Part shown: positions 10,319 to 25,500 of the stretch, in pieces
Numbering within the stretch: position 1 is the stretch's first letter
Layout: each line of letters begins with the position of its first letter
From: Candidatus Omnitrophota bacterium
GTDB lineage: Bacteria > Omnitrophota > Gorgyraeia > B26-G9
Reading direction: 5' to 3'
DNA: 64,000 bases
NCBI GenBank assembly: GCA_043826565.1
Contig: JBDRPX010000003.1
Coordinates: 3,614-67,613 of the forward strand
Notes under the pieces: generated by a model
What the model saw: the letters and a program-made list of their open reading frames with translations, nothing else
Told to the model about the DNA's origin: nothing
The model's database searches: none
Position numbers and translations under genes: made by a program

Positions 10319-10398
10319 TAACTCCTCTATTTTTAGTTAGTTACATTCCGAAGAAAACTCAGATTTTTTTTGACACCCCCCACTTTTTATGATATACT
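10319..10398 (+). promoter_or_regulatory. Sigma70-type promoter of the giant gene with upstream TAAC-N17-GTTA palindrome
   Basis: TTGACA (10370-10375), 17 nt, TATACT (10393-10398) with a TG extension; TAAC 10319-10322 and GTTA 10340-10343. Confidence 0.75.
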
Positions 10399-10554
10399 AT
10401 AAATGTGTTAAAAAAGTAGGAAAAAAATAATATAACTTGTTCAAAAATAAGGTAATTACAAAAAACATATATAGATTTTTAGTTGACTGATTAAAGAGCT
10501 GGTAATTCAAATGTTTATTGATTAAATTGAGTGTTATGAAAATCAGGTGATTTG

Positions 10555-13500
10555 ATGTATTACTCAAACAAAAAATTCAGTCTCGGTTTTAAAATAATCG
10601 CTGCGGTGATTATCCAGGCTTTTTTGGTGACTGATATTGTTTGGGCTGCCGGTGGAGATCTCCGCTGGATAAATGATCAGGAGAATACATCACGCTCGGC
10701 TTCTAAAACTTCCTATCTTGCGCCTACCGCAAATATTAACAAAGGCATATTCCGCACAAAATTTGATTTAGTAGTTTCGCTTATTAATGCTATGGAGAAT
10801 CGGGATAATACGGAACTATTGGCTAAACATGGAATTAATGTGTTTAGTGAAAATGTCCTCTCTATTCAGGGTGAAAAAGAAACACTTTATATTTATGATC
10901 GGAATGCTGAGGGTATTCCTTTGTTCATAACCGGGGCAGAGCAAAAGATTATATTTAATGGGTATGTGATTTCTGCTGTGCCCAATGAAAATGCTGATGC
11001 GCAAAGTCTGAATGTTCCGGAGGGTCAGGCAAGTGTTCTGAGCCGGCGTGAATTTAGTGATAAGCTTAAAGTTTTGGAAACGCAGGGAAAGGACTTTAAT
11101 CAGGAGGAGGCTCTGGAATTAGTAAAGCAATCAATACTTTTAAGCGGGCTTACCGGTGGGCAGTGGAAGGATGAAAAGTGGGTTATTCAGAAAGATGCGA
11201 TTGTCTTGATGCAGAGCGGTATGGTTGTTCGGATGCCGACTTCTGCGGGTAAGACATTTGTATTTAACGGTACCGGGATATTAAGAAGCCTGGCCAATAA
11301 ACTAAATCCGGATGCGCAAAGGGAAGTATCTATTGTTCATACTGAAGAAGGCTTGATTGAAAGAGACGCGAGAAATGCCGGAAAAGTAAATGGCCGTTTC
11401 GGGCTGAAAACAGGATATGTTGTTTCACGTGATGGTAAAAGAACAGCTTATTTTGTTGATGCTAATGGACAGGAGCAGGAAACCACCGAGCAGGAGCTTT
11501 ATAAAGAAGCAAATATCGTTTATGTGAATATTTATAATTTCATCCATCGTTTTTTGGATGACCGGTTTACCGCCAGAAAAGCCGGGGATCAGGCTTTACG
11601 CTGGGGAGAGCAGACTTATTTTGTTGCCTTTGACGAAGGTGATGTTCCATTAAAGCACCATGTTTCTACGCCTTGTATAATTTCCGGAGGAGAAACCCTG
11701 AATGCGGATGATCTCGTGAAGCGGGCGGAACAGCTGCTTAAGATGCAGGAAATCATTGATCAGCTTATTCATGAAGGACTCTTGAATGAAGACGGAACCA
11801 GGGCCGAAAATGAATTAGCGGAAGTTAAAACTGGTTCTCAGACCGCGACTCTTACGAGAAAAGGAAAAGCCTGGCTTAAAGATAAACTTCAGCAGGTAGA
11901 GCAATACAAAAATAATCAAGGTAAACAATCTATTTTTGCGGATGATGCTTTATGGGAAGAGCATGTCGAGCAAGCGCTTTCCGCTTATTTATTTTACCGT
12001 AAAGGTGAAGCCTATAATATCTCCGAGAATAATGAAATCGTGATCATTGATAAAGATACCAGCGGTATGCAGTTAGCCGGAAGGCGCTGGAGCCATGGAC
12101 TTGATATTGCGGTAAGGTTAAAAGAAAACAGAACCAGAGATGAAAACAGTAAGCTGGAAATTAAACCTGACCAGATGACGATTGCTTCCATGATGCTTCC
12201 GGAAATCCTCAGCGATACGTTGGGACTTGTTTCCGGAATATGCGCGGCTTCGGCGACGATCAATAAAGATACCGCGGATATGTATGGTTTGGATTTTAAA
12301 TCTCTTAGCGGTGAAGCTTCCAAAAGAACAGAGCGGGTAATTATGAGTTCTGATCAGGCTGAATCAGCGCGGAATGCGCTTAAGGCAATTGATGTTCTAA
12401 AAGCGGGAGTTGCGGCTGATGAATCAATGCAGGATTGGGGCCTTCCGGAAAAATCAGGATCGGTATTAATCCGCTGTGATGGAGAAGTGCAGGTTCGTGA
12501 GTTTGCCGATTTGCTTATAGCAAATACTCAGATGAAGGGCCGGAATATCCGGCGGATTACTCAGGATGGGAAAATACTTGATGCCAGCGGCAAAGAAGTT
12601 CCGGGAATAACTATTGATGATCTTGATTCTTTGGTTAGTGATGAAACAATTGATAATGTAATAATTGAATTTACTTCCCAGAATCGCGAAGTGCCGGCGG
12701 ATGGGAAAATGCTTAAAGATCGGATAGAAGATCTTTCTCAGCATCCTAAAGTTATAATTGTATCCACACACTTAGCCGGACGCGGAGTTGATTTTAAGGG
12801 CGATGATATGGTGGTCATGTCTTTAAGCGCTGACCCGGCTGAAGAAACTGATGTGCAGTTGAGAGGCCGCGGCGGCCGTGACGGCAGAGTGGGTTACTTT
12901 TTCGGATTTTGGTCAGTCCAGGATGCGGTATTTACAAAATATACAAGTCTGGTTAATGAAGAACTGAAATATTTCACCGCTAAGGTTAAACCCGGACAAA
13001 CGCATACTTTTGAGATCACCAATGATAGTAAGACCGCGGGTGATAGTGAAAAAACTGTAATGGCAATGCGCGAAATAATAAACGCGCATAATCAGAATAT
13101 GCGGCGCGCGCAAAAAGCTTTTGGTGAATTATCATGGAATGAGGGGGATGAAAACGGTTTTGGCGAAGGTTTTGCCAGAACGCACTCCAGAGCCAGAGAG
13201 CGGATCATTTCTAAAGGAATAGAAGGATTAAATATTCCGGAGGATGTTTTAGCCGCGATCAAGACTAAAATCAGCAAGGTTGTTAAACAGAAGCGCAAAA
13301 CTCTTACCGGGATACCCAGCTCGGCAACGGTTATTTCGATATTAGAAGATGAGTTTGGGTTAAAGAATGTTGATGCTGATATTGCACAGCAAGCATTAGT
13401 TTCGGCACAATATAACCTGGAAATGGCTTTATTTACGGTTATTGCTGATGTGCTTCAGGCTAGAGCATTACAAATCGTTGATCAGCAATGGATGCGTTTT

Positions 13501-16500
13501 GTTACCGATTCAGAATACCAGAAACATCGGCTGGAAAAAGCACTGGCGAGATCGGGATATCGGAGACAGTTTATTCCCCAACAGCAGTTTGATTCGGAAA
13601 TAAGGCTGGTCATTACGGAAATTTTTGAACGGATAAATAAGGATACCAAACGGCGGCTGGGTGAAGGGGTTATCGGTCTGGCTCATCAACTTGCGGATAA
13701 AACTCCTACGGATACGGAAATGTCCGAAGCTAGCGCTGCCGCTCAACCAGACCGTGTCCCGTTTACGGCGCGCATGAAATTATTGGCATTAAAAATAATT
13801 CCTTCGGCAGTTATGATTGCGGCTAATGTCGGTCTGGCTTATGGACTGGGCTTAGTATTTAAAGGACTTACTTTAGGCGGGGTTGAAGCTGCTTCCGGAT
13901 TACCCATAATCGGAAATTTGATTACATTACTTCTCGGTTTGGGGCCGGTGGCACTTGTGGCGATTACTATTGGTACGATAATTATTGCCTGGTCACTTAA
14001 TTCTCAAATAAAAAGATTATCACAGGTTGATTCTACTATTGCGAAGATGGCTGAAGCTATTTCCTTGGGGCATAGGAAAAAAGCTAAAGAATTAGGAGCA
14101 ACGGTTGTTACTTCTTCATGGCGTAAAACTCTTACGGTTACTGCTACTTTCGCGCCGCTGGTCGCGGCCATGACTCTTTTTTCACTTTTAGGTTCTGCTC
14201 CTTTTACCGCGGGAAGTGTGGGAGTTATTGTCCTGCTGGCTTCAGCGGTATTAGGTATAATAAGTGTTGTTTCTTCCGGATTGCTCTTGGCGACTTCACG
14301 TAAAGATATGAAAAATGCCCCGAAACTTCCCATGACGGCAACAAAAAGATTTTTCCGCGGAATGATCGGAGGAGCTTTAACTATTTTAGGTATGGGAGCA
14401 TTTTTGTTCGCTTCCGGCGGCACTATGGGGCTGCCGATTCTTGCTGGTATCGCGGCGATTATTGCCAGCGGGTTTATTGCCCGTAAAATATTCTCTATAA
14501 GCAGTGATGATGTGGCCGCGAAAAAATGGGTTACTCCGATGGGTTTTGTCGCGGGTATCGCGGTCGGACTGGGAATTATTTTAGGGGTGGTCCCGTTCTT
14601 TGGCGCTCAGGTTTTTGAATCGATGACTACAGCAATGCAGACCGGAGCTATGCCCGGAGGCGGAGTGCTTAAGGTTGTGGGATATCTGGTAATGGGATTG
14701 TTTGCTTTTCAGGGAATAATGTTTGTTGGAGCTCAGCGCTATGCCGCAAAAAGAATTGCCGGGCAGGAAGGCGGGCTTACCGGAGAAACAGGACAGATAA
14801 AGCGTAAACAGCTGGGCTACATGATCAGAGCCTCAGCACTTAATGCCCGCATGGTCATGATCGCTGTCGGTGCAGTTGTCGGAATAGCTTTGCTGCTTAC
14901 CGGAGCATGGGTTGCTCCGGTTGCCGGATGGGGAATCCCGATGTGGGGCGCACGATTACTCGCTGCTTTGCCGGTGATGGCTTTATTTAGTGCCTTGGGA
15001 TTTGTTTTGCAGCGTTTTATTACTCGGGCATTAGATAAACCGGTAAATTATTCCTCTCTTGCCAAACGAAAAAGAAAAGATTTTCTCAGTATCCAATCGC
15101 AGTTAGAAAAGGTTGGCCTTAGAGATTTTTCAAATAATATCGGCGATGTAGTTAATGAATTTAAGAAGGATGTTGCTAAAACAAATAGTCCTTTGGAATT
15201 GGCTTATCAAAAGCTTGGCGGTATTTCTTCGGAAGATAAGCTTTTTCAGGCATTTCTTAATGAACTGCAGAACTCAACGCCTAATGACGGAAGATATTTT
15301 TCTCAGGCAGAGATTGATCATCTGGTTGCCAAAATACCGGAGGCATTATTAACTGCTCAACAGCGCCCGGTTTTCCGAAAAGCCGTTACCGCGGTTTTAG
15401 TTGAACTTAATCTGGCTAAAATCGGATTCGATAGATTATTCTACACTGCTTCCAATCCGGAAAAAATCACCAAAGGAATGAATTCTTTTCTTATGCCGCT
15501 TATGGGCACTTCTATGCTTGTGGCTGCTCCGACTGCTGCGGCAGTTGCCCAAAGCCAATATGCCGGAGTTCCCTATACTAATGTTGAGGTCAATGTCGCG
15601 GAAGCTCCGCAGAAGGTTCGGGATTACTATAGCACTTTAGCGGGGAAGATGTTTGAGACTGTTCCGGCAGAAGAAGATGCTGATGCCCAGGTTCTTCCAC
15701 AGCAGGGAACGATTGATTGGGGGACACAGGTTGAATCATTTACAGCTAAGCAGATAATCAGCCGGATAGAAAAAGACGCGGCGGAAAAATTTAATGCGGA
15801 TATTGAGCAAGCGCGGCAAGAAGCAGAACAAGCGCAGACCGAACGTGAGAAAATAGCGGCTAATCTGAAATTAATGGAGCTTGTTATTAACCGCAAGAAA
15901 TTTATTTTAGACCAGATTGATAAACATGCGGAGGTTACCGCGGAAGATAAACAAAAAGCAAAAGATATTTTAACCGATGTCAGCCGGCTGGAGGCACTTA
16001 TCCAGTATCAGCAGATGATTGATATGCGGGAAGAGATCCTGAATAACCAAAAAGAAAGACTGGATAAACTTCAGAAACAATTAGCTGCCGCAGCGGATCA
16101 GGTGCAAAAAGATATTCTAACGAAAACAATAGAAGATCTTAAAAAACAAATCCAGGAAGCAGAATTGACGGTTACCAGACATCGGGAAGCCTATGCAGCA
16201 CAGGCACAGGAAAAAGGAATCGATCCGCTGCTTTCTACTAAAGAGCTTACCGATCAAAAAGACCGGATGATTGCTTCGGTAATTGGTATTCCTGCCTACA
16301 TTATTAAATTGTCACAGGAAGTTGAAAGAATATTAAGTTCACAGCAGATGCTTAAACAGCAGGAAGAATTGTTGAATCTAAGGGAACAAGCCGAAGCTGA
16401 GCGTAAGAAGCAGGAAGCTGCTGAGCAAGCCAGAAGAGAAGTTGCGGAAAGAGCAGCAGCGGTAACCAGAGTAGATACGGTAACCGATGGTTCCGGACCT

Positions 16501-19500
16501 CCGCCGGAAGATAAAGAGCCGGCAGTTACACGGACAGATCCTGTTGCCGGGCCGGCTCAAAGAAGAGATTTTTCCGTGGCAGAAGTAAGCAGTGCTTATT
16601 TGAATAACGGCTACAGTCCGCAGGATGTTTCCGCTATCCTTAATACAGCAGATGCTCCGGCAACCGAAGCATTCCAGGGAATAATTCAAGCAAAAGGTGT
16701 GGCCTATTCTAAGCAGGCAATCCAGGATTTAATAAACGGCGGTTATAAAGAAGCGGATGTCTATGCCGGGGCAGTTACCGAACTTCAAATCAGAGGCTAT
16801 AATGCCGAACAGATCGTAATATTACTGCTTGATCCTGTAACCGCGGGCACAGAACCTACTGCCGAGCAGATGGAAAGAGCAAAGCTCTTAGCCGGTATAT
16901 TACTTAAAGGAGTAACCGAACAGAATAAATTGCGCGCGGCATTGGATTCTCTAATATTAATTCCGGAAAGATTAGGCGTTGATAGTCCTCCGGTTCAACT
17001 GGGAGCAATGCTTACCGGCCGGCCGTCGCTTAGTGATGTTTCTCTAAAAGCAAAACTTGACGCGCTGCAGCAGAAACTTGATAACAAAGAAAAAATCACA
17101 CAAGGTGATATTGACAGTGCTTATGATTTAGTCGAGAGAGTTCTTAAATGGCGGGTTGCTGAAACCGCATTAAAAGACATGGCTAGACAGCGGCAGCAGC
17201 AAAGGGAGCAATCAGCATCAACATTAGTTGCTCCGGTTGATGCTACAAATATTCCTCGGGCCATAATCGTAGATGAAGACGCGGATACGGTTACTATTCC
17301 CCGGGCAATAATTGTCAGCGAGGATTCAGATAATATTACTATTTCGCGAAAGAGCATTACCGAGGCTTCTCTTCCGGAGTTACCGGCATGGGGGCCTCAG
17401 AATGAAGGGATTTCAGATGTAGGAGTTTTACCGCCAAAAGACGCTATTGGTTCGGATAATATTATTATTCCCCGGGCAATAATTGTCAGTGAAGATGCGG
17501 ATACGGTTACTATTCCTCGGGCAATAATAGTTGAAGAGAATGCCGTGGCTAGCACTCCTCAACCGGATGCAGAACATATTGTCCGAAGCGGAGATCGTGT
17601 CGGTGAAGTCATGGTTGACCTGGCTTCGAATCCTACGCAGTGGCAGGCGATTGTAAATATTTACAATAAATTTGCGCATGATAATCCGCAATTGGGATTA
17701 AAATTAATCAGAGTTTCCGATGGTACTTCCGGAGTTAATATTTCCTGGGTCAATCCTGTGGATGCGGTAAATACTGCCGCGGGCTTGACCGTGACTTCTT
17801 TAGCCGATCAGCTTGCCGGTAAAAAAGCAGTTACTGCGGCAGATTTTGGTATTAGCCTGGATATTGACCTGGTGATTCGCATTGAAAGCAATGCCGACCC
17901 GCGGGCGGAAAACGCTAAGAGTAAAGCCAGAGGGCTGATGCAGATAATGAAAGAAGGAGCATTAGCCGATTGGAATAAATATCATCCGCGGGAACAGTAT
18001 TCTTTTGACGATATGTGGGACGCGGATAAAAATCGGAGAGTAGGCAGTTGGTATCTAAATCTAAGAATACCCCAGATGCTCCAGGCTAGTAATAAAGAGA
18101 TCACTTTGGAAAATATTTTATGGGCTTACAATGGCGGGATTAAAAAGGTGGTTGACGGTGTCCTTCCTAATGAAACCAGAGATTATATTAGAAAATATAG
18201 AGTCGGCCTAATAACAACCGCGGATAATCTTACGGACCGGATTACCGATCTTCTGGTCAGCAATGATATTAGAGGATTGATCCAGGTTGCCAGCGGTGCT
18301 AAGCCCGGGGAAGTCCTCGCAACTACAGCGGCGGCGCCAAAAGAGGGAACAGCAATAACTCAGGCTAAACAGCGGCTTTTAGAAGCTGTGGGGCGTTATC
18401 AGGAAATGGAACAAAGGTATCAGGAACTTGAACTGGAATATTCGCGTTACTTTGATGTTATTCAAAGCGGCGCGTATTTTCTGGATCTTAAAAAAGGTGT
18501 TATTGATGTTAATGCTGTAGCCAAGCTGAAACTGCAGTTGGAAAAGCTAAAGAAAGTTGATCTGGAATTTAGAAGAACCCAGTTGGAATTTATTCAGGAT
18601 TCTCTGGAGGCCTTAGAAGCGGAGATCAAAAAGCTGGAAGAGTCCGCGGAAACTTTACAGAGCAATGATGATATTCTGAATTCTTCCTTAGCCAGACTCC
18701 AGGAACAGATAGAAGAAACCGCAGCTAATATTACTTCTGCCGGAGTACAGATAGAAAAACTAAAGAGTTCATTGAAATTGTGGCAGCAGGCGCTTGCGGA
18801 TGTTAAAGCCGGGAAAAAGGTAAACATACCGCAATTACTGGGAATGGTCAGAGAAGAAGATAAAATATATGCCCAGCAGGTTGCCGCGGCGAAAAAAGGA
18901 GATGTTACACAATTAACCGCGGAGCAGACGAGATTGGGAATTGATCCTGATCGCGCTTTGATTATTACTAATGTACAAATTGATGCTAATGCCGTAATCC
19001 TGAATCAGGCAGGGATAGATATTAAAACGCTTAATTTGATGATCGCGAATAATCAGTGGCTAGTTCATCGTTTAGGTGATCGTGTCGAACTTGCTCCGTT
19101 TGCCGGAAGTTCTCCGGTCAAGATTGAATATTTTATTTTAGGACACAATTTAACACCTCTGGCCCGGGAAAGTGCTTTTAACACGGCGATCACCTATTGG
19201 GAAAAACAGCTCGAATGGGCAATTGCCGATATTCAATATCTGCAAAATATACGGCTTATTTCTCCGGAAGTTTCCGATGAAGAAAAGAAAATCATTCAAG
19301 GTCAGGTAAGTAATCTTCGGGATAAAGTGCAATTTGCTGAAGCTACGATCGCTGATCTTAGGGGTGATCTTGATTATTGGAAATTATCCCCCACCCAAAG
19401 AACTAATGCCCGGGCTCAGCTTGCGGTAAGGAAGTTGAAAGTAGTTAAAGGGAAAGTTTCCTTTTTTACCGACGTGTTAGCTTTGTTGAAGGATATGGAA

Positions 19501-22500
19501 GCTTTTGGCCGGAAGCAGGCCCAGGAAGGAGTAGATTACTGGCAGGTTGAAATAGATAAAGCGATAAACGAGCTTAATTTCTTAAATACAAAGATGTCAT
19601 CTTTACAAGCACAGCTGGCGGCGGATCCTACTAATGAAATGCTCAAGAAACTCATACCTATAGTTGAGCATCAGATCTCCAATAAAAAATTATATAAGAC
19701 TTTTGCCGAACATTCAAAACGGGATACGGAAAAAAATCTGGCTTATATTACTTCCGGCGGTATTGGTGAATCGCGTGCCGCGATCATTTCCCGGTTTAAA
19801 GCTCTGGCTGCCGAAGGGGCTGTTTATTATGAAGATACGACATCTTTAATCACCACCATGCTGCAATACCAGACCCTGGAGATTGATACAGGTATTGCTT
19901 ACTGGACAAAAATGAGATCTGATTCAGCTACCCGGTTAGAGCAGGTAGAAGCATATTTACAGGATTTTAATATTGATAATTTACCACTTGATCATCCGGA
20001 TAATATTTTCGGCGAAGAAGGCATCCCGGTTTCAGTTGACCGGAGAATGGCTTTGCAGCAGGCTATTCTTGATCCTAATAATGAGGCCAAAGATGCTCAG
20101 GGTAATTTTGTTTCCGCGGTCAAAGCTAAAAAATGGGCCCAGGAACAGCTGGCGGTTTTTGAACAGAGAATTACCGATGAGATGGCGAAGCCGGAAGCAG
20201 AAAGAAATCAAAGCAATTTGACTTTATGGCGCGCGGAAGTCCAAAAAAGGAAATTATATATTGCGAATGCCGATACGCAGATCAAGAAAGCAACCATATA
20301 TGTAAATACTCTGGGAATGCTTAAAGCTGCCTATATCGCGGAAAGGACATCCTTAGAATCATTAATTCCTTTATCTCGTTTAGAGCTTGATTCATTGGCA
20401 AAAAATAAGGCCTATGTATTAGGATCATCTTCGGAAACCGACGCGCAGTTTATTCAGAGAAATATTGATCTTATTAATGAAGAATTAAAATTTTATCCTT
20501 TAGCCAGACAAGCCGCGGCTTTGAAATTGGAATGGCTGGATAAAATTAAGCAGGATGCCGCGGTTATCCTTGGTGAAATATCTCCTGATACTCATTCTAC
20601 AATTGCCGCACTTGTGGCTGAGCATGAAAAAACAAAAACCGAACTTGAAAAACAGCTTGCTGAGGCGCAGGAAGGATTGCGTCTGGTCCAGGCTGAGATT
20701 AGTCAGGGCATGGCTTGGCTGGATAAACTGAATAACCGTGATCATGATGTCTTAACCCGTTTGCGGGAAAGACAGGAAAGCCGCCTGGGTCAGCTTGAGC
20801 AAATGATTCGCGCTAAGGGCAGAAAAATATATCAGGCTAATCTGATTAAAGAAGCGCAGCGTCAGATCGGCCAGGAAATTGAACGCTTAAAATCTTTAGG
20901 GGTCAGTGAGATCGCGATCGCGAACATAACCCGTAATCAGCGAAATGATAATTTCCCCATGGTTTTAGATAGAGCTTCGTTAGAAAAGTTTGTCCGTGGC
21001 CTTACCAGCAGTCCGGATGCTCCGCAGGATTTATTAAAGATAGCTCAGGAAGGTTTTACTCCGTCTAATGCCCGGGATATCTTAGCGCAGTTGGGATTGT
21101 CTTTAGAACGTATGGATCTAGGTGAAGATTATTATATTGTTACTCATCTTGGTTTTGGCGGGGAGTGGCAGGAAATGTACTTACGCTTAGGTAACTTCTT
21201 CGGTTCCCATAAAAATATTCAGGTCAGCCCGTTCATTTACACAGTGGAAGCTACGGAACCGCGGCGCGGTGCTGAGGGTATGGGATTGGTCATGGATATT
21301 ACCCCGGAAAATAAACCGATTTATTACGGTTTGGTAGTTGATATTTATAAACCAAAATATCAGCAGCTGGGCTGGGATTATTCCATGACCGAAGAAAAGG
21401 TCCGGTTAATGATCACCCAGGATTATACCATGCTGATGATGCCGGAAAAAGATGAAACCGGTAAACCGACCGGTGAGTATCGCGCGTTTGTCGGCGCGAC
21501 CATGTTCGCGGATATGCCGGCTAATTTGCAAATGGGAGAAGACCTTACAACGATTGGCGGTACTTTGCGCGCTGATCTAAAACTTACCGAAGCATTTAAG
21601 CTTAAAGGAATTATTTCCGGAGCAAGGATTATTGATCCGTATAATAAGAGATTTGAATGGGAGTTTGGGGATCAGCAATTATTCCCGGATGAAGTAAGAC
21701 GTTACGCGGCAACTGTTGAAGGACAGGAAATGAGTATGCTTTATGAACGCCTGGCCTTAGAAGTGGATATGTGGAAGCTTTTGAAAAAGAGCGGTAAACA
21801 GGTAGATACTGATCCGGCAAATAAAGAAAAGCAAGAGCGTCTGGATGCACTGGAACATCAGATCGGTAATATTAATCTGTTCTTAGAATTAGCAAAAGCA
21901 TTGCAGGATCCCCAGCAGGCAGCAACAGATCAGACTCAACAAAGAGCGAGAGAATATTATGCGGATACCACTGCTTTACTGGCTGTTTTGCAAAAGAGCA
22001 AAGATAAAGAATTACAGCCGTATATTGCTTTCTGGAAGAAACAGCAGGAGATCGCTTATATTATTAGTGAAGGTGGAAAACTGCCGCAGGAATGGACTGT
22101 TTATATGCAGGATGCGCAGACTCAGCTGAAAGCTCTTAAGAAAGTTCAGGAAACACTTGATGCCGACTTAAACTTCCAGAGAGAATTTACCATGCAGTTC
22201 TTTGTCCAGAATGAAAATAATACTGAAGGATATGATCAGGCTTCCGTGGGTATTGGGGTGGCTCATTCATTCCGCTGGAATCTGGTCGCTCCGATAGAGA
22301 CAAGAATTGCCGCAGAAGGCGCGGTTGGACAGCAGATGAATCAGGCGAGTATTGAAGTAAATAACCGTATCGGCGGTACTGACGGGGTTGATGTCGGTGT
22401 CCGGGCCAGCAGAAGAGGCGAAAGAAATACTTATATGTTTAGAGTGGCTAAGAAGGTTCTGGGTGTGGACTTAGCCGCTACTTACGGAGATCAATACGGA

Positions 22501-25500
22501 AACGGCCAGCCGAAACTTGGTATTGAAGCCCGTCAGAGAGTTGAAAAAGATGATGTGTTCCGGCAGGCCATAGGTGTTGCCGAAGATATCGACAGAGTAA
22601 CCAGCGGTGTGGATAAATTAAGAGAAAGCGAAGATGCTTTAAGCCGCGCGCTTGTCTATACACTGCGGAACAATTCACAGTTTTATGACACGATGATCGA
22701 AGCCCGGAAGAATGTTGTCGAAGGGTTTAGCCGCTGGGTAGCTGCGGTGGAAGCCCGTTACGGCGGTTCTATAGACACCGCTCAGGTGGAAGCGGAAATT
22801 AAAAAGCGCTTTTCTATTGATCTGGGCATTGATTTTACTTTGGAGCGCCGGGGAAGCCGCGAAGGGGATGAGCTGGCTTTGATCAGATTAAAAAGAGGTA
22901 TGGATCAGAGCAAAATCGTGATGCGCGATGCCATGAACGCGGTGACAAAAGCATATATTGATCTAGTTCAGGCAAAAATGGCTTATGAAGCTATGGATAG
23001 TTCCCGGGTGCGGGAATTGATCGCCGGGTCGGATAGTGAACAGGCTGTGCGCAGTTTGCAGGCGGAGACCACCAGATTAAGGACCGAATTTGAATTGCGC
23101 CGGGGCGCGTTTATCCGGTTGACTGGTATGTCGGAAAAAGAAGTGGATACGATCGTCGCCGCGGTTCCGAAAGTAGAAGTTCCGGAACGCGATGTTCCCA
23201 AAGTTATGGAAGTAGTCAATAAACAGATCCAGATCATGACGGCTCAGTGGGTACCCTTAATGCAGAGCGTGGAAGTAAAAGCGGAATTAAAGAAAGATTC
23301 TTTCCTGCGCAAATTATTCTTCTGGATTCCGGTCAAGAAAATCACGGTAGGATTTAATCCTTCGGATACAGCGTTCCAGATCGGTGATTTTGGTGTGCGT
23401 ATGAGCATACCGCTTACAGTTTATGAAGACGGAGCGGCAAAGAAGGAACGAGAACTTCCAGTTACCGTAGAAGGAAGAGCTTTGACCAGAGAGCAAAGAG
23501 ATTATATTCGGCAGTCCCAGTTTACTATGGGGGTTCTTCCGGAAAAAATGAGACTTACGGATATTACCTTAGGACAATTACGGCAGAGTGAACCTGTGGT
23601 TTTAGGAAGCTTGGAGAGCGCGGTAACCGCATATAATAATGTTCTTGCTTCCAGTGAAACAAATATATGGAGTCAGTTTGAACAGGCATCACGTGCTCTT
23701 TTTGAGAATATTAATCTCACCTTAGATCAGGCAGCTTACAGATCACATTTAGAAAATGAAAGAAAATATTATGAAACACTCCTGCCGGATAAAGACCGGG
23801 AAAAATTAGCTGCTGCGGTAACTCAAGTTACTTCTTCGCCGGCAACCGGTACAAATTTAGAAGAGATATTCAGAACTCACGTTGCTCCGACAAATATTAG
23901 TTTGGCTAATGCCCAGGATAAACTGGATATGGCTCGTCAGATACAGGGGGCAGGGTCTTCCAGTTGGTTTAAGGAATTAGTTGTTGATATCGGCCCGGGA
24001 ATTAGTGTGGGTAAGCCGACGGTATTACCGAGCGTGAATTTGGTTTTTGACCGGGCTCCTCAGGAACGTACTGCTCAGCGCGGATTAAGATCTCTCAGCC
24101 GGGAGCAGGAGACAGCTGTTGTTGCGGCGGAATTAAAAGGACGTTTCTTAGTGGCTTATTTAGATTATAAACGCGCGGAACAGTATCTGGCGTATTTAAG
24201 AAGCCAAAAATCTGATCAACCGACGGTGATTGCTGAGATCGGACAGGTGGAAAGAAATCTGGTGGAACGTAAAGCCGCTTTAAATTATATGCTCGGCCAG
24301 CCGTTTGACGCGGAAATTAAAATCAATCTTTCCTATGCCGAGGTAGAAGGGCAGATGGAAGCGTTATTCGGAACTTCTTTTGATAAGACAGTCTTAGAAG
24401 AAGAAGTTGCCCGGATTAAGATCAGAATTTTAGAAAAGCAATTAGAGATATTGGAAAAAGGCGGTACGGTTCGTCTGGATCTGCCGATTTCGGAAATCAT
24501 TGCTTCGGTTTCTTCGGCAAACCCCGGGCCTTTAGTCTGGTGGGCCGGAGTTAAAGTAGTTAACTGGTTTGTCTGGACATTCAGCGGAGCTAAAGAAAGA
24601 AACGAATCTGAGCAGAGGCAGTTAGTCAATAATGAAATTGCCAAAGCCCGTACGCAATTACAGCAGAGTATTACATTCGCTCAGGTATATAAAGCTCAGG
24701 CGATATCTGATACCGTATATGCCGACGATGATTATGAACAGGCAAAAGCCAGAGTGAGCACACAATTGTACGGTGTTTCCGATGCCGCTGCTGATCCGAA
24801 TCGAACACGCGGTTCTCCGGGACAGGTGCGTATGAGTATTGCTGGTTTTATCGGTAAAGTTGTAGAAAATGATATTCAGGTTACGATTGCCTTTAACAAC
24901 TTAGAATCGGCAAAGCGTGGTACCGGAGTAGATATTATCCCTTCAGTCCGGCCGCGCGGTTTTGAAGAAACCGGGATGAGATTTGGTTCTGATACGACTC
25001 TTTATACCGGCGTATTAGAACTCTTTCCGAATATCGAATACACTTACTTAAGCGATCAGCAGCGATCAGTATTAGAAATTAAAGCAACCGAACGTTTATT
25101 CAGAGCGGCTGTTGATAAAGCCCGTGCGGAAGCCACTTCACTTTTATACCAGCTTGCCTTGATCAATGATATTAGACAATCAATTCCGGGAAGTCAGGAT
25201 ATGGAAGCATTGATTAAACAGCAAAAAACCCTGGAAAAACGTTTAAAAGAATTAGCCCGGGTTGCTCCGGAAGCAGATTTGCAGATCGTGGATATGAATA
25301 CCTTGTCTTTGCAGACACTTGATTATTCACAGGCACAGATCGATGCGATGTCTGTTCCTATTCAGACCGCGCCGGAAATAGAGGCCTTGCAAGCCAGAGT
25401 TGATCAGCAGGTCATTATTGTTAATAATTTATTGAGAAGATTGGGCACTGTAACTCCGCGAACCTTGATCGCTCATATCGGCGGCGGGGATATCAGTGAT

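Noticed and set aside
11140-13660. Calling this the housekeeping secA gene
   Set aside because: It is an internal, divergent domain of a giant ORF, so no gene symbol was assigned.
17251-17538. CRISPR-like repeat array
   Set aside because: The repeats are in-frame coding units without unique spacers, and there are no cas genes.
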